A stretch of 64,000 nucleotides of DNA from Mobula hypostoma (lineage: Eukaryota): positions 82,834,001 through 82,898,000 of the forward strand of contig NC_086108.1 of assembly GCF_963921235.1 (NCBI RefSeq). The letters run 5' to 3'. Shown here piece by piece: positions 49,941 to 61,875 of this stretch (positions are counted from its first letter, which is position 1; the number at the start of each line of letters is the position of its first letter). The translations under genes and the position numbers were made by a program. The notes below the pieces were generated by a model. That model was not told where the DNA came from and ran no database searches. It saw only the letters and a list, made by a program, of their open reading frames with translations.

Positions 49941-51279
49941 GGGGTCTTAATCCCGCTTCACAAACTTCCTTGTGGTGTGTTAATGTACACTGCTCTACAA
50001 GAAACAAAGTTTAAGACAGTCTTGTTTGAGAGGGTAATATCTTCAGAGATTTGAAATTTTATAACCAGGAATTCTCAAAGACTTGAAGAGCTTTAATTTG
50101 AGAACCTAACAATTATTCAAACTCCTGCAAGAGTACTATACTTACAACCAACATCCCATTCAAAATTGGACAGCTAACCTTCATCCTCACAGCTAAATTC
50201 CAAACCAGCATCTCGACATATTGAGCTACCACAGGGTAAAGATTTACATCCTCTTCGAGCTGACTGCATAGTTTTGACTTCAGCAGGAAAGGAATGGCTT
50301 TAAACCGGCTGACCTATCCAGAGAGACAGAACTTCGGATCTTGGCCGAAATTCAGATCTTGCAGATTAAACAGTGGCTCCAATGTAGAATGTCACTTCAC
50401 CTAAGTCATTATACATTACAAAAAAAAACATGCTCTTGCCCTTTCAAATAAACACATAGTTCATAACTGAAGCTCTTTTATAGGTTGATAACTGGTTTAC
50501 TTTAGTGTCGATAGTGTGAGGTCAGTTTATTTTGAGGCTTCCAATTTATTGTAAATTTAATCTTTTCTTGGCCAAAACTGCAGCATGTTGATAAAAGCAA
50601 TGGCATCTTTACTTTTTTTTGGTTCCAACAAACACTGCTAAGAGCTTTCTTTGTTTGGATATGTATTTGTTCCTCCTACCTGCTCGAGGCAAACAAATGA
50701 AAGTAACGTAAACCACCTTAAAAGCAGACTAATGGATCCTGGCACAAACAAATGGTTTATTCACTAGCAGAATTTAATCCTTTCCGCATCTTTATATTCA
50801 GATTAAAGCCAAAAGAGGATTTAAAGAAGCCAGTGCTGTCTTGCAAAGAGGTAAAAAAGGGTAAAAACATACCTCTCTACTTAACCTATAATTTTGTTGT
50901 CTTGAATAAACATTAAGAATAAAGAGGGTACCAGTTTAACCTTTCAAACAATTTACAGCTTAGAAAATTTACCTTCTTTGTCTGCCTACAGACCTTTGGA
51001 AAAAAGAGTAATTCCAAAAAATGCTTAAAAAGATTTTTGATATCAGAGGAATAACATAGTATGATGCATACGCATGCATACTTATGCACATTCCTGCATT
51101 GCAAGCACATGTATTTACAATTATACATATACATACACTTACATTGACACTTTATCAACTAGATCTATATAGACACACACATGCACAAACAAACTTAAAT
51201 TATAAAATACTGGTGCAGTGAAAGGGGATTTTATTTTAGTCTGCTTAAACTCCACAGCTCAAAATGTTGAAAGGAGGTT

Positions 51280-52240
51280 TATTAAGGGATCTGCTGAAGT
51301 GTATATTAGACCCGTCCCTAGTGGGGGTCTGTGTTAAATTCCATCATCAGAGCCTATTACTGATCCATCAAGCACCCCTATAATTCTGTCTAATGGCCTC
51401 ATTTCCCTAAGTGTCACTTGTGTCACTCAGCGAGGTTGTGCTGATTTTGTGCAGCAACATGCTGGGACTAGGTACTGTTTACAGTGGAGAGAGAGAAAGA
51501 AAAAATCAATGATACCCCTACATGAAAAAAAAGCATTTAGGCCTGTAGCAGGGGACAGAAAAAACTATCCAATACTCCATTAGCTGTCCACTCTATTAGT
51601 CACTTCAGTCAATCTGAAGTCTTTGATTGAAGGTTGAGGAGAGACCTCGAAAAAAGTAAAAGAAAGCATATGACAGAAAATTTGTTGGTAGATTGAAGGG
51701 TTTATTATAAAACATATTGCCATTAAAGCAGTCATAAAACTGGCAAATAAAAATGGATTATTGCATTAAAAGTTCCAGCAGTTCCTTTAGCTGGGGCTGA
51801 TAGAAGGTAGTTTGGGGGAGGTGGTCTTTTTCACTCTCTCTCGCTCCCTCTGTCTCTCTTTCTCTCTCTGCCTTCATACCGTAAATACAGCAGGACCCCT
51901 TCAGGCTATTGGCACCCAGGCTCTCATTTCTATAGTGGATAATTGACTCTGTTCAGCAGATAATTCATAGCTTGCATATGCCGGCTAATACATCAGAGCT
52001 CAGAGACTCAGGAGAGCCGGGAGCGGAGACAGAGAGGGCGAGAAAAAATTCAGATGATAAATGGCTGCATTACTGGTTTATGAATGAATTATGTCCAGCA
52101 AATACCTTGAGCAGGAGAGTCTGTCAGCTGTTATCTGTACTAATCTGGGACAAAATATGACTATTTTCACATTAAAAAGAAAAACCTGCACAGGAATTAA
52201 ATCGAACAATCGGGCCATTAAAAATGTATGTTGGAGCAGT
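51280..52240. promoter_or_regulatory. Candidate conserved non-coding element / enhancer cluster
   Basis: Lies in a ~2.7-kb TE-free island; dense homeodomain motifs; conservation not tested. Confidence 0.42.
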
Positions 52241-52886
52241 TTTTTTTTGTAAAGGTTTTCCCATTTATCAAGGCAGCTTCAGTTTTCATGTAGCCATCAC
52301 TTAAAACAGATCAGGATTACGAAGATATAACATAGAAGAGCTACGACTCCTCCTCACTGAAATATACAGGCTGGATAAACTTTCTTATAATACCATTTAT
52401 TTTTATATCAAGTTTGTCAAAATGATGACTGAAACCATGAAGGGCAAGGGATTTTTTTTTTCCCTATTGGGCACACCGTGGAAGCACAAACTGTGAGACT
52501 GTTCTCCAAACTGTGAGACTATTGCATTTGCAGCTTCACCATTATCTCCAGTTCTCGGGGATCAAAACTAAGCTGCTGCTTCTTTTGAAGGATGCTAAAC
52601 TTTTCAGATATGGTCTGCCTAAATATAAGATTGATATCAATTTCTTACCTTTCAGTGGTGAATACTTAATCTTTCCACTTCCTAGGATTTTACTCAACTA
52701 AGTTTTCCTCTTGAACAAGTCAAAGTTTTTAAAATGTAAAAATATTCATGTTAGACACTCACCTTTTTAATCTATTTCTTTTGAGTTACATATAAAATTA
52801 ATAACTGTATAACTGCTAATATTATTTGATATGTTAAATTAATACTCAGGTTAAGTATTTTAATCCATTAAAATAATAATCAGCTA

Positions 52887-53648
52887 CAGTGCCTACAAAA
52901 AGTATTCACTGCCCTTGGAAGTTTTCATGTTTTATTCTTTTTTTTTTACAACATTGAATCACAGTGGATTTAATTTGGTTTTTTTGACACTGATCAACAG
53001 AAAAAGACTTTCATGTCAAAGTGAAAACATATCTCTACAAAGTGATGTAAATTAATTACAAATATAAAACACAAAATAATTGATTGCACAATTACTCACT
53101 CCCTTCAAGTCAGTATTTATTAAATACAGCTTTGACAGCAATTACAGCCTTGAGTCTGTGTGGATAGGTTTCTATCAGCTTTGCACATCTGGACACTGCA
53201 ATTTTTCCCCATTCTTCTTTATAAAACTGCTCAAGCTCTGTCAGATTGCATGGGGATCATGAGTGAACAGTGCTTTAAGTCCTGCCACAAATTCTCAATT
53301 GGCTTGAGGTCTGGACTCTGACTTGACCACTCCAGGACATTAACTTTGTTGTTTTTAAGCCATTCCTGTGTAGCTTTGGATTTATGCTTGGGGCCATTGT
53401 CTTGTTGGAAAACAAATCTTCTCCCAGATTGCAATTCTCTTGCAGACTGCATCAGGTTTTCCTTCAGGGTGATTGACTTAACTGCACTCCAAAGGATATT
53501 CAGTGACTTGGAAATTTTCTTGTATTCATTTCCAGACTTGTGCTTTTCAATAACCTTTTTTGCAGAGTTGCTTATAGTGTTCTTTTCTCTTCATAGTGTA
53601 GTTTTTCCAGGATACTGACTCACCGGCAGTTGGACTTCCTGATACAGG
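52887..53648 (-). mobile_element. Tc1 transposon, deleted; one end retained
   Basis: TA|CAGTGCCTACAAAAAGTATTCAC terminus; ORF 53231..53452 [26 protein letters not shown] covers the DD34E region. Confidence 0.92.
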
Positions 53649-53719
53649 AGCTCCAAAATACTCTCTATATCATCACCTACAAAACATCTCACTTGATTGA
53701 CACCTGATCAGTCACTGAT

Positions 53720-54025
53720 CCCTCTACCACTAATGCATAATGGCTGCAGTGTGTGCCATCTACAAAACACACTGTAGTTACTCAGCTTGGTTACTCTGGC
53801 AATTCCCAAACCTACAAATTCTACCAGAGAGTGAAAAGAAGAGTGAGTAGATGCATGGGAACACTACTGTTAGCAGGTTCCCCTCCAAGTTACACATCAC
53901 CCTGACTTAGAGATACTGCAGTTCAAGAAGATTACTCAGCACCACCATCCCAATGGGAGTTAGGGATAGGCAATGAATGCTGGCCTTGGCAGAGATGCCC
54001 AGACCTCAGAAAATAAATTAAAAAA
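53720..54025 (+). mobile_element. L2-like LINE 3' end
   Basis: TAGGGATAGGCAATGAATGCTGGCCTTGGCAGAGATGCCCA tail. Confidence 0.6.
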
Positions 54026-54213
54026 AAGCAGAAGGTTTAAAGGGTCTATCAATGTCTCAAGCATCTTGAAATTCATGACTATTGGTCATCTTTCATAGAC
54101 TACACCGTAGCAATCATTGATGCTTTTCACAGTAATAGTGGTGTGTGGGCACTGTGGAGCTGGCACGCGAGTTACCATCTCTCATTATCTGGCTGCAGTC
54201 TATTCTTACCATG

Positions 54214-54482
54214 AGGTAGCACAGTAGCGTAGTGGTTAGCACAATGGTTTACAGCTAGAGCGATCAGGATTCAGCTCCCTCCGTTGCCTGTAAAGTGTTT
54301 GCCCGTTCTCCCCGTGACTGGGTGGGTGGGGCTCCGATTTCCTCCCACTGTCCAAAGACATATTGGTTGGTGGGTTAATTGGTTATTGTAAGTTGTTCTG
54401 TGATTAGGCTCGGATTAAATTGGGAGATTGAAAGGCTGGAAGGGCCTATTCTGCACTGTATCTCAATACGCAAAGTAAACAA
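54214..54482 (+). mobile_element. HE1-like V-SINE
   Basis: GCACAGTAGCGTAGTGGTTAGCAC head (A box); GCTCCGATTTCCTCCCACTGTCCAAAGACAT V-domain. Confidence 0.85.
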
Positions 54483-55444
54483 ACTCTCTATCTTCTGATC
54501 CCATCAGCTGAAACCTGTGTAGGGGATCTCAGTTGAGGAAGTCACAAGGATATGCCATGGTGAGCTGCTGATCTCACAAGTGGAGCCTATCTGAATCTTA
54601 TAAAGCAGAAGAGCTTCAGTGCGATGCAAAAACAGTAGTAGGCCCTTGGACATCCTACAGTAGTCATTCCAGTCATGGCTAATCCGATTTGTGACTGAGC
54701 TCCACTTTCTAAGCCACACTTACCCAGTCTCACCTGTGTAAGTTATTCCTTTCTTCATCATTATCCATTAATCTTCCTATACATTAGCACCTATTTCACT
54801 ATCTTTCACCCATTTTTTATTATATATATATAAAAGAATTCTACCTTTCATGCCATCCACTTTCCTTAGCAACCATTTTCTTTTCCTCGTTGGCTCTCCA
54901 TTCCTGTCTATTTAGGTGCCCACACTAAGGTCACTCCTGACTCTGCTCTGAACTCGTGCTCCAAATGCTGATGATTAAACTCCCTTTAGAAGGAATTGGA
55001 ATTTGAGGTTTTGCTCCTGTGAGGAGTTTCTCTTACCACCTTTAAAAGCCGCAACTCCAGTCCTAAGAGTGCCACAGTGAGGAAAATATGCTGTTTAGTG
55101 TACTAGTTACCAGACTCAGGGTCATAGAGGTAAAGTGAGCCAAGCAATAAGATTGAAAAGCTTAACTCACTGAGCCCTGAGATACTTAACACTGTTGCAA
55201 AGTGTTGCTAGTGGCATGCATGGGCACCCAACCTGGGTCCTTAGGAAATGGAAGTCCTGGTTGCCTCAAAACTATCTAATTTTCATACCTTAAGCAGCTT
55301 GAACATGATGGGAGAGAAGATTGGCAAAGAATCCTTCAACCTGAGGTGTGAAGCCTATTAGATAGCAATTAATGTTTCACGTGCTTCAGCAATGGCAAGC
55401 TCCCAAACCAGCAAAAGCACAGCAACACTGTCAGGAAGAAGATG

Positions 55445-56192
55445 GATTGTTTCATGATATGGTATCATGACAACATTTCCTTCAACGTTAACAAAATGAA
55501 AGAGCTGTTCATTGAGTTCGGAAAGGGGCTGGTGCACATGCTCCTGTCTACATCAACGGTGTTGAGGTTGAGAGCGCTTCAGGTTACTAGGAGTGAACAT
55601 TACCAGTAGCCTGTCCTGTGCAGCCATACTGATATCATGATCTAGAAAACTCATCAATACCTCCACTTCCTCAGGAGGCTGAAGAAATTTGGAATGCGCC
55701 AGTCAGCTCTTAACAATTGTTAATTGATGCACCATAGAAAGCATCCTGTCTGCATACATAACAACTTGGCATGGAAAATGCTCTGCACATGACGGCAAGT
55801 AACTGCAGAGAGTTGCGAACACAGCTCAGCGCTTCACGGGAACCAGTCTCGCCTCTATGGACTTTTATATATACTTCTCATTGCCTCAGCAAAGCTGGCA
55901 GCATAATCAAAGGACCCACCCATCCCAGACAGGCACAGGTACAAAAGCACATACCATCAGGCTCAAGGACAGGTTCTATCCTTCTGTTACCAGACTCTTG
56001 CATGGACCTCTTGTACGATTAGGATGGCCTCACCATCTACCTCATTATGATTTTGCAGTTTATTGTTTACCTGCACTGAACTTTTTTGTTAGCTTTTACA
56101 TTGTATTCTGCATTGTTATTGCTTTACTTTATGCAAGACAAGTTTTTCGCAGTTCCTTGGTACATATGATAATAATAAACCAATACCAATCA
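55445..56192 (+). mobile_element. Rex1/Babar 3' fragment
   Basis: KAHTIRLKDRFYPSVTRLL; tail AATAAACCAATACCAAT. Confidence 0.8.
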
Positions 56193-56406
56193 GCTACTAA
56201 CCATCTATAACAAAGATGACTTTACTGGAGATAGAAAATACATGAAACTTAATTTCAAGTTAGTGCTTCAATGTAATCTGCGCTAAAGCATCATACAAAA
56301 TTTAAGGCAAAGGAAGCCATTCAAACCATTATAATTGTACTGCACACCTAACCTCACTTTTGAACAGTGGATATTTAAGTCTGTAAGTCATGGCTCTTTG
56401 AATATG

Positions 56407-56742
56407 AATAGAACATAGAATAGTACAGCCCAGTACAGGCCGTTCAGTCCACAATGTTGTTCCGATCCTCAAACCCTGCCTCCCATATAACCCCCCACCT
56501 TAAATTCCTCCATATACCTGTCTAGCAGTCTCTTAAATTTCACTAGTGTATCTACCTCCACCACTGACTCAGGCAGTGTATTCCACGCACCAACCACTCT
56601 GAGTAAAAAAAACCTTCCTCTAGTATCCCCTTTGAACTTCCCACCCCTTACCTTAAAGCCATGTCCTCTTGTACTGAGCAGCGGTGCCTTGGGGAAGGGG
56701 CACTGGCTATCCACTTTATCTACTCCTCTTAATATATAATGA
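56407..56742 (-). mobile_element. CR1 3' end
   Basis: TRGHGFKVRGGKFKGD..RVVGAWNTLP..FKRLLDRYM. Confidence 0.9.
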
Positions 56743-56899
56743 ATCCGAATACATTTCGTGTATTTATAGCACGATGGCACCAAATAGCAGCATTAGTAGA
56801 AGGGATGCAGGACCATCAAAGAATATTATCTGATAGGTCCAATAGTAGACCACAATCCAGAAGTTATACCTTCAAATACAGTACCTTAAGGTAGTCACA

Positions 56900-57620
56900 G
56901 CTGGGGAAGGTAGTGGGGGTAGCCTCCCTCTATCTATTAAATAGCCCCAAATAGCCTCTGACACCCAAATTTAGCTTCTAGCCTTCACGTGTGGCTTTGT
57001 TACTAAGCTTGGCAAAATTGTTTCTACTGAGGAGGGAAGAAAGCGTGTTACTGGTGCCTTAAAACCAGTCGCTTTGGGTAGATGAGGCTTGTCAGCTGTA
57101 GTTGGCGGCTCATCTCGGAGGAAGAATACTCTTGATCTCCAACTTCTGCTGCCTTTCGGTTATACCCACTCATGGAGGCAGCTTTGGGAGTAAATCCCAA
57201 GGAAAAATCTGGAGCTTGAGTGTTAACAGGAGTCCTATGTTGAGCTCAACACTGATTGGAAACTCCTGCAATACTGCAGGTGCCAAATTGTATTGGTCTC
57301 TGCTGTTCCTTTGGATTCATCAGCTGGATAGAGAGGGGGAGTCTGCTGCATGGGCAACAGTTTGCTCTCCATACCATAATGCCCAGGCTTCCATATTGGT
57401 CTACATATCTCAATACCTCAACTAGTATGCAATATCCATGATATACCTCGACCAAAGGAGGGCCTCACATTCAAAACCCACTGTGGAAATGTGTAACGGC
57501 TTGGCTGGAGCCATGAGGACCATGAGAACTGCTAGTTTGTTGTAGGAAGACATTTTGTTCTTTAATAACCTCCAAGGAAGACACCATTCTACACCCAGCT
57601 GATCAGAAGGAACATTGAGC
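56900..57620 (+). mobile_element. Probable RTE-related retroposon remnant
   Basis: Resembles RTE 5'-UTR-type sequence (GGTGCCTTAAAACCAGTCGC..GGAGGAAGAATACTCTTGATCTCCAAC); family uncertain. Confidence 0.4.
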
Positions 57621-58399
57621 AATATTTGGTACTAATGTCACAGTAAATAGCAGCTGAAGATGAATACTTTACTTCAACCATGTGTATGTGGTTACTGAAC
57701 ACCGTATATACTTCATCCAAATCCCCTGGCTTGATACTAAATAAGGATTACCTTAATTGTTTGCTCACAGAACTTACTGGTCATCCATCTGGAGGGTAAC
57801 TTGGTTCCTATGGATATGCAATGCCTCTCCTTTTTTTCCATCTCCTCTATCAAGAAATATTTCCAGTGTACCATCTAATAAACCTGGAGTCTGCTCTCCT
57901 TCATGTTATGTCATTTGTCCAGATCAGATTCACTTCTACGAGAGTACCAGCACCCGTAACACCCAAATATATCTCCTCTTTAAATGGTGGGAACTAACTA
58001 TGACTATTGCTGGCTACACATGACTTTAGACCCCCTATTAATGCATGCAGACAGTGAACTGTTGGGTGGGTATTAGGTGAACACATCAACAAATCAAAAA
58101 CAAGGTTGCATAAAGGAATCTAATGCTATTAGCTTACATGGATAAATTGTGATATCCACATTGACGTTCATAGTACTATCCAGTTTGGACCTCATTATTC
58201 TTACTTGCTATGTTTGTTGACTCTTGATTACAAAACTTCTAAATATTATCAGCAATCTAGGGATTAAAGTTACAAAACCAAGAAAAATATCCCAAACTTT
58301 TCATACAGTTATGTCTATTGTAACCCATGTTTTATCTAGAGGTTAATGTATTGTCTAATGTTTAAGTGTTCAGTTAATATTTCATTGGTTTATAATTCC

Positions 58400-59610
58400 T
58401 AGGTGTCAATATCTGTGAGGATCTAACCTGGTCCCAACATATTGATGCAGCTACAAAGAAGGCAAGACGTGACTATATTTCATCAGGAGTTTGTGGAGAC
58501 TTGGTTTGTCACCAAAACACTCGAAAACTTCTACAGATGTACTGTAGAAGGCATTCTGACAGGCTGCATCGCCATCTTGTATGGGGGTGGAGCTACTGCA
58601 CAGGATCAAAAGAAGCTAAAGAAAGTTGTAAAATTAGTCAACACACACAAAATGCTGGTGGAATGCAGCAAGCCAGACAGCATCCATAGAAGAAGCACAG
58701 TCGACGTTTCAGGTCGAGACCCCCATCCTGAGACCCTTAGAGGTTCCATCTTCCTCTCACCCCAACCCTCCCTCTCCACTGACACTACCAGCCTCCCTCC
58801 CCCTCCCCCTTCTGATCCCAGCTCTCGTCCGTGCCGGGTTTTTACCATGCCCTCCGATCTTCCACTCTGAGGCAGAGTGCTCTGTCCTCAGTAAGGGCCT
58901 CACCTTTGTCCCCTTTCGCCCCACACCTCAGCGAGTTCCATGTGTGCCATGACGCTGAACTCTTCTTCTGTCGGCTCCAACTTTGAGCCTACCTCTTCGG
59001 CAAGGACTCTCCCACCCCCACCGATGAACCCTTCTCCCATCTTCAACCCTCCTCCTCTTCATGGACACCCCGCTCTGGTCTTCTGCCTGCTCTGGATCTC
59101 TTTATTGCTAACTGCTGACGGGACATCAACCATCTTGACTTCACCGCACCTTGTTCCAATTCCAACCTCACTGTTCCTGATGAAGACTCTCAGCCTGAAA
59201 CGTCGACCGTGCTTCTTCCTATGGACGCTGTCTGGCCTGCTGCATTCCACCAGTGTTTTGTGTGTGTTGCTTGAACTTCCAGCATCTGCAGATTTCCCCG
59301 TGTTTGCGTTTGTAAAATTAGTCAGCTCCATTGTGGGTACCAGTATCCAAGGCATCTTCAAGGCGCGGTGCCTCAGAAAGCCGATGTCTATTATTAAAGA
59401 CCACCATCATTGTGGACATAACCTTTTGTCATTGTTACCATCAGGAAGGAGGTACGGAAGCCCAAAGGCACACTATCAGTGATCCACTAACAGCTTCTTC
59501 CTCTCTGCCATCCGATTTCTAAATGGACGTTGAACCCATGAACACTATCTGACTTTTTAAAATTATTTCTGCTTTTGCTCTACTTATTTAACTTAACTAT
59601 TTAAATAATA
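58400..59610 (+). mobile_element. Rex1/Babar 3' fragment split by a Penelope insertion
   Basis: FYRCTVEGILTGCI..KKVVKLV|SSIVGTS; homologous to the uninterrupted copy at 38800-39290. Confidence 0.9.
58641..59309 (+). mobile_element. Internally deleted Penelope-like element with inverted ends and 15-bp TSD
   Basis: TSD TTGTAAAATTAGTCA at 58626-58640 and 59310-59324; N-terminal ORF remnant (CRVFTMPSDLP..VLSKGLTFVP); hammerhead remnants at ~58699-58725 (-) and 59173-59207 (+). Confidence 0.92.
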
Positions 59611-59617
59611 GTTTGAA

Positions 59618-60927
59618 TGACTGTTATGGCTGATGGATGGTTGTAGCTGGGAGTTAAATGTCCAAGGTTACACATTATATCGGAGGGATAGGAAGGCGGG
59701 TAGAGGGGGTGACGTGGTTCTGCTGGTAAAGGATTGCATCAAATCTGTAGAAAGATGTTACATAGGATTGGGAGATGTTGAATCCTTATGAGTTGAGTTA
59801 AGAAACTGCAAGGATAAAAGGGCCCTGACGGCAGTTATATTCAGGCCTCCAAACAGTAGCTGGGATGAGACCACAGATTACAACAAGAAATAGAAAAGGT
59901 GTGTCAAAAGGGCTATGTTATGATAGTCATGGGAGATTTCAACATGCAGGTTGATTCAGAAAATCAGGTTGGAAATGGATCTCAAGAGAGTGAGTTTGTT
60001 GAATGCCTATGAGATGGCTTTTTAGAGCAATTTGTTGTTGAGCCTACTAGGCAATCAGCTATACTAGATTGGGTGTTATGTAATGAACCAGAGGCGAATA
60101 GGGAACTTAAGGTAAAAGAACCCATAGGAGGCAGCGATTACAATATTATAGAGTTCAGCTTGAAATTTCTTAAGGAGAAAGTAAAGTCTGACATAGCAGT
60201 ATTTCAGTGGAGTAAAGGAAATTGCAGTGGTATGAGAGAGGAATTGGTCAAAGTAAACTGGAAGATGTGACAGGAATGACAGCAATGGTGAGTGTTTCTG
60301 GGAAAAATGAGGAAGGTGCGGGATAGATGTATTCCAAAACCAAAGAAATACTCAAATGGTAAAATAGTACAACCGTGGTTGACAAGGGAATTGAAAGCTA
60401 ATGTAAAACCAAAAGAGAGGGCATACAACAAAGCAAAAATGAGCAGAAAGATAGAGGATTGGGAAGCTTTGAAAACCCTACAGAGAGCTACTAAAAGAAT
60501 CATTAGGAGGGAAAAGATGAAATATGAAAGCAAGCTAGCAAACAGTATCAAAATGGATAGTAAAAGCTTTTTCAAGTATGTAAAAAGCAAAAGAGATTAG
60601 AGTGGATATATGATTGCTAGACAATGAGGCCAGAGAAATAATAATGGGGGACAAGGAGATGACAGATGAACTAAATGAGTATTTTGCATCAGTCTTCACT
60701 GTGGAAGACACTAGTAGTGTGCCAGATGGGGGGGGAGAGAGGGGGGAGGAGAGAGGGGGGAGGAGAGAGGGGGGGGAGAGAGGGGGGGAGAGAGGGGGAG
60801 GGGGGGGAGAGAGGGGGGAGAGGGGGGGAGAGAGGGGAGAGAGGGGGGAGAGAGGGGGGAGGAGGGGGGAGAGAGGGGGGGAGGGGGGGAGAGGGGGGAG
60901 AGGGGGGGGAGAGGGGGGGGAGAGGGG

Positions 60928-60967
<40 letters not shown>

Positions 60968-61875
60968 GGGGGGGGGGGGGGGGGGGGGGGAGAGAGGGGG
61001 GAGGGGGGAGGGGGGGGAGAGAGGGGGGGAGAGGGGGGGGGAGAGAGGGGAGAGAGGGGGGAGAGAGGGGGGAGAGAGGGGGAGAGAGGGGGAGAGAGGG
61101 GGAGAGAGGGGGAGAGAGGGGGAGAGAGGGGAGAGAGGGGGAGAGAGGGGGGAGAGAGGGGGAGAGAGGGGGAGAGAGGGGGGAGAGAGGGGAGAGAGGG
61201 GGAGAGATGGGGGAGAGAGGGGGAGAGAGGGGGAGAGAGGGGGAGAGAGGGGGAGAGAGGGGGAGAGAGGGGGAGAGAGGGGGAGAGAGGGGGAGAGAGG
61301 GGGAGAGAGGGGGAGAGAGGGGGGGAGAGAGGGGGGGAGAGGGGGGAGAGAGGGGAGAGAGGGGGAGAGAGGGAGGAGGGAGAGAGGGGGAGAGAGGGGG
61401 GAGAGGGGGGGGAGAGGGGGAGGAGAGGGGGAGGAGAGGGGGGGAGAGGGGGGGGAGGGGGGGGGGGGGGAGGGGGGGGAGGGGGGGAGAGGGGGAGAGG
61501 GGGGAGAGGGGGGGAGGGGGGGAGAGGGGGGAGAGGGGGGAGGGGGGAGGGGGGGGAGAGGGGGGAGAGGGGGGAGAGGGGGGGGGGGGGGGGAGAGAGG
61601 GAGATCCATTTAGAACAATGCTGAGAAATTTCTTTAGCCAGAGGATGGTGATTTTGTGAAACTTATTACCACAGACAGCTGTGCAGGCCAGGTCATTGTG
61701 TGTACTTAAGGCAGAGCTTGATATGTGTTTGGTTGGACATGGCATCAAAAGTTACGGGGAGAAGGCCGGGGAGTGGGGCTGTGGAGGAGGGGTAAAAAAA
61801 AAAGGATCAGTTATGATTGAATGATGGAGCAGACTCAACAGGCGAAATGGCCCAATTCTGCTTCTATGCCTTCCT
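59618..61875 (+). mobile_element. CR1 LINE: APE region and 3' end with a G/A tract in place of the RT
   Basis: DELNEYFASVFTVEDTSSVPD, then the tract, then PFRTMLRNFFSQRMVIL. Confidence 0.9.
60729..61604 (+). repeat. ~875-bp G-rich polypurine tract
   Basis: (GGGGGAGAGA)n-like units and a long poly-G run at ~60930-60990. Confidence 0.97.

Noticed and set aside
54214..54290. tRNA gene
   Set aside because: tRNA-like head runs straight into a V-SINE body; no complete cloverleaf
60614..61748. 300-345 aa G/R/E- or P/S/L-rich ORFs
   Set aside because: Same low-complexity artefact; only the ends are CR1-derived
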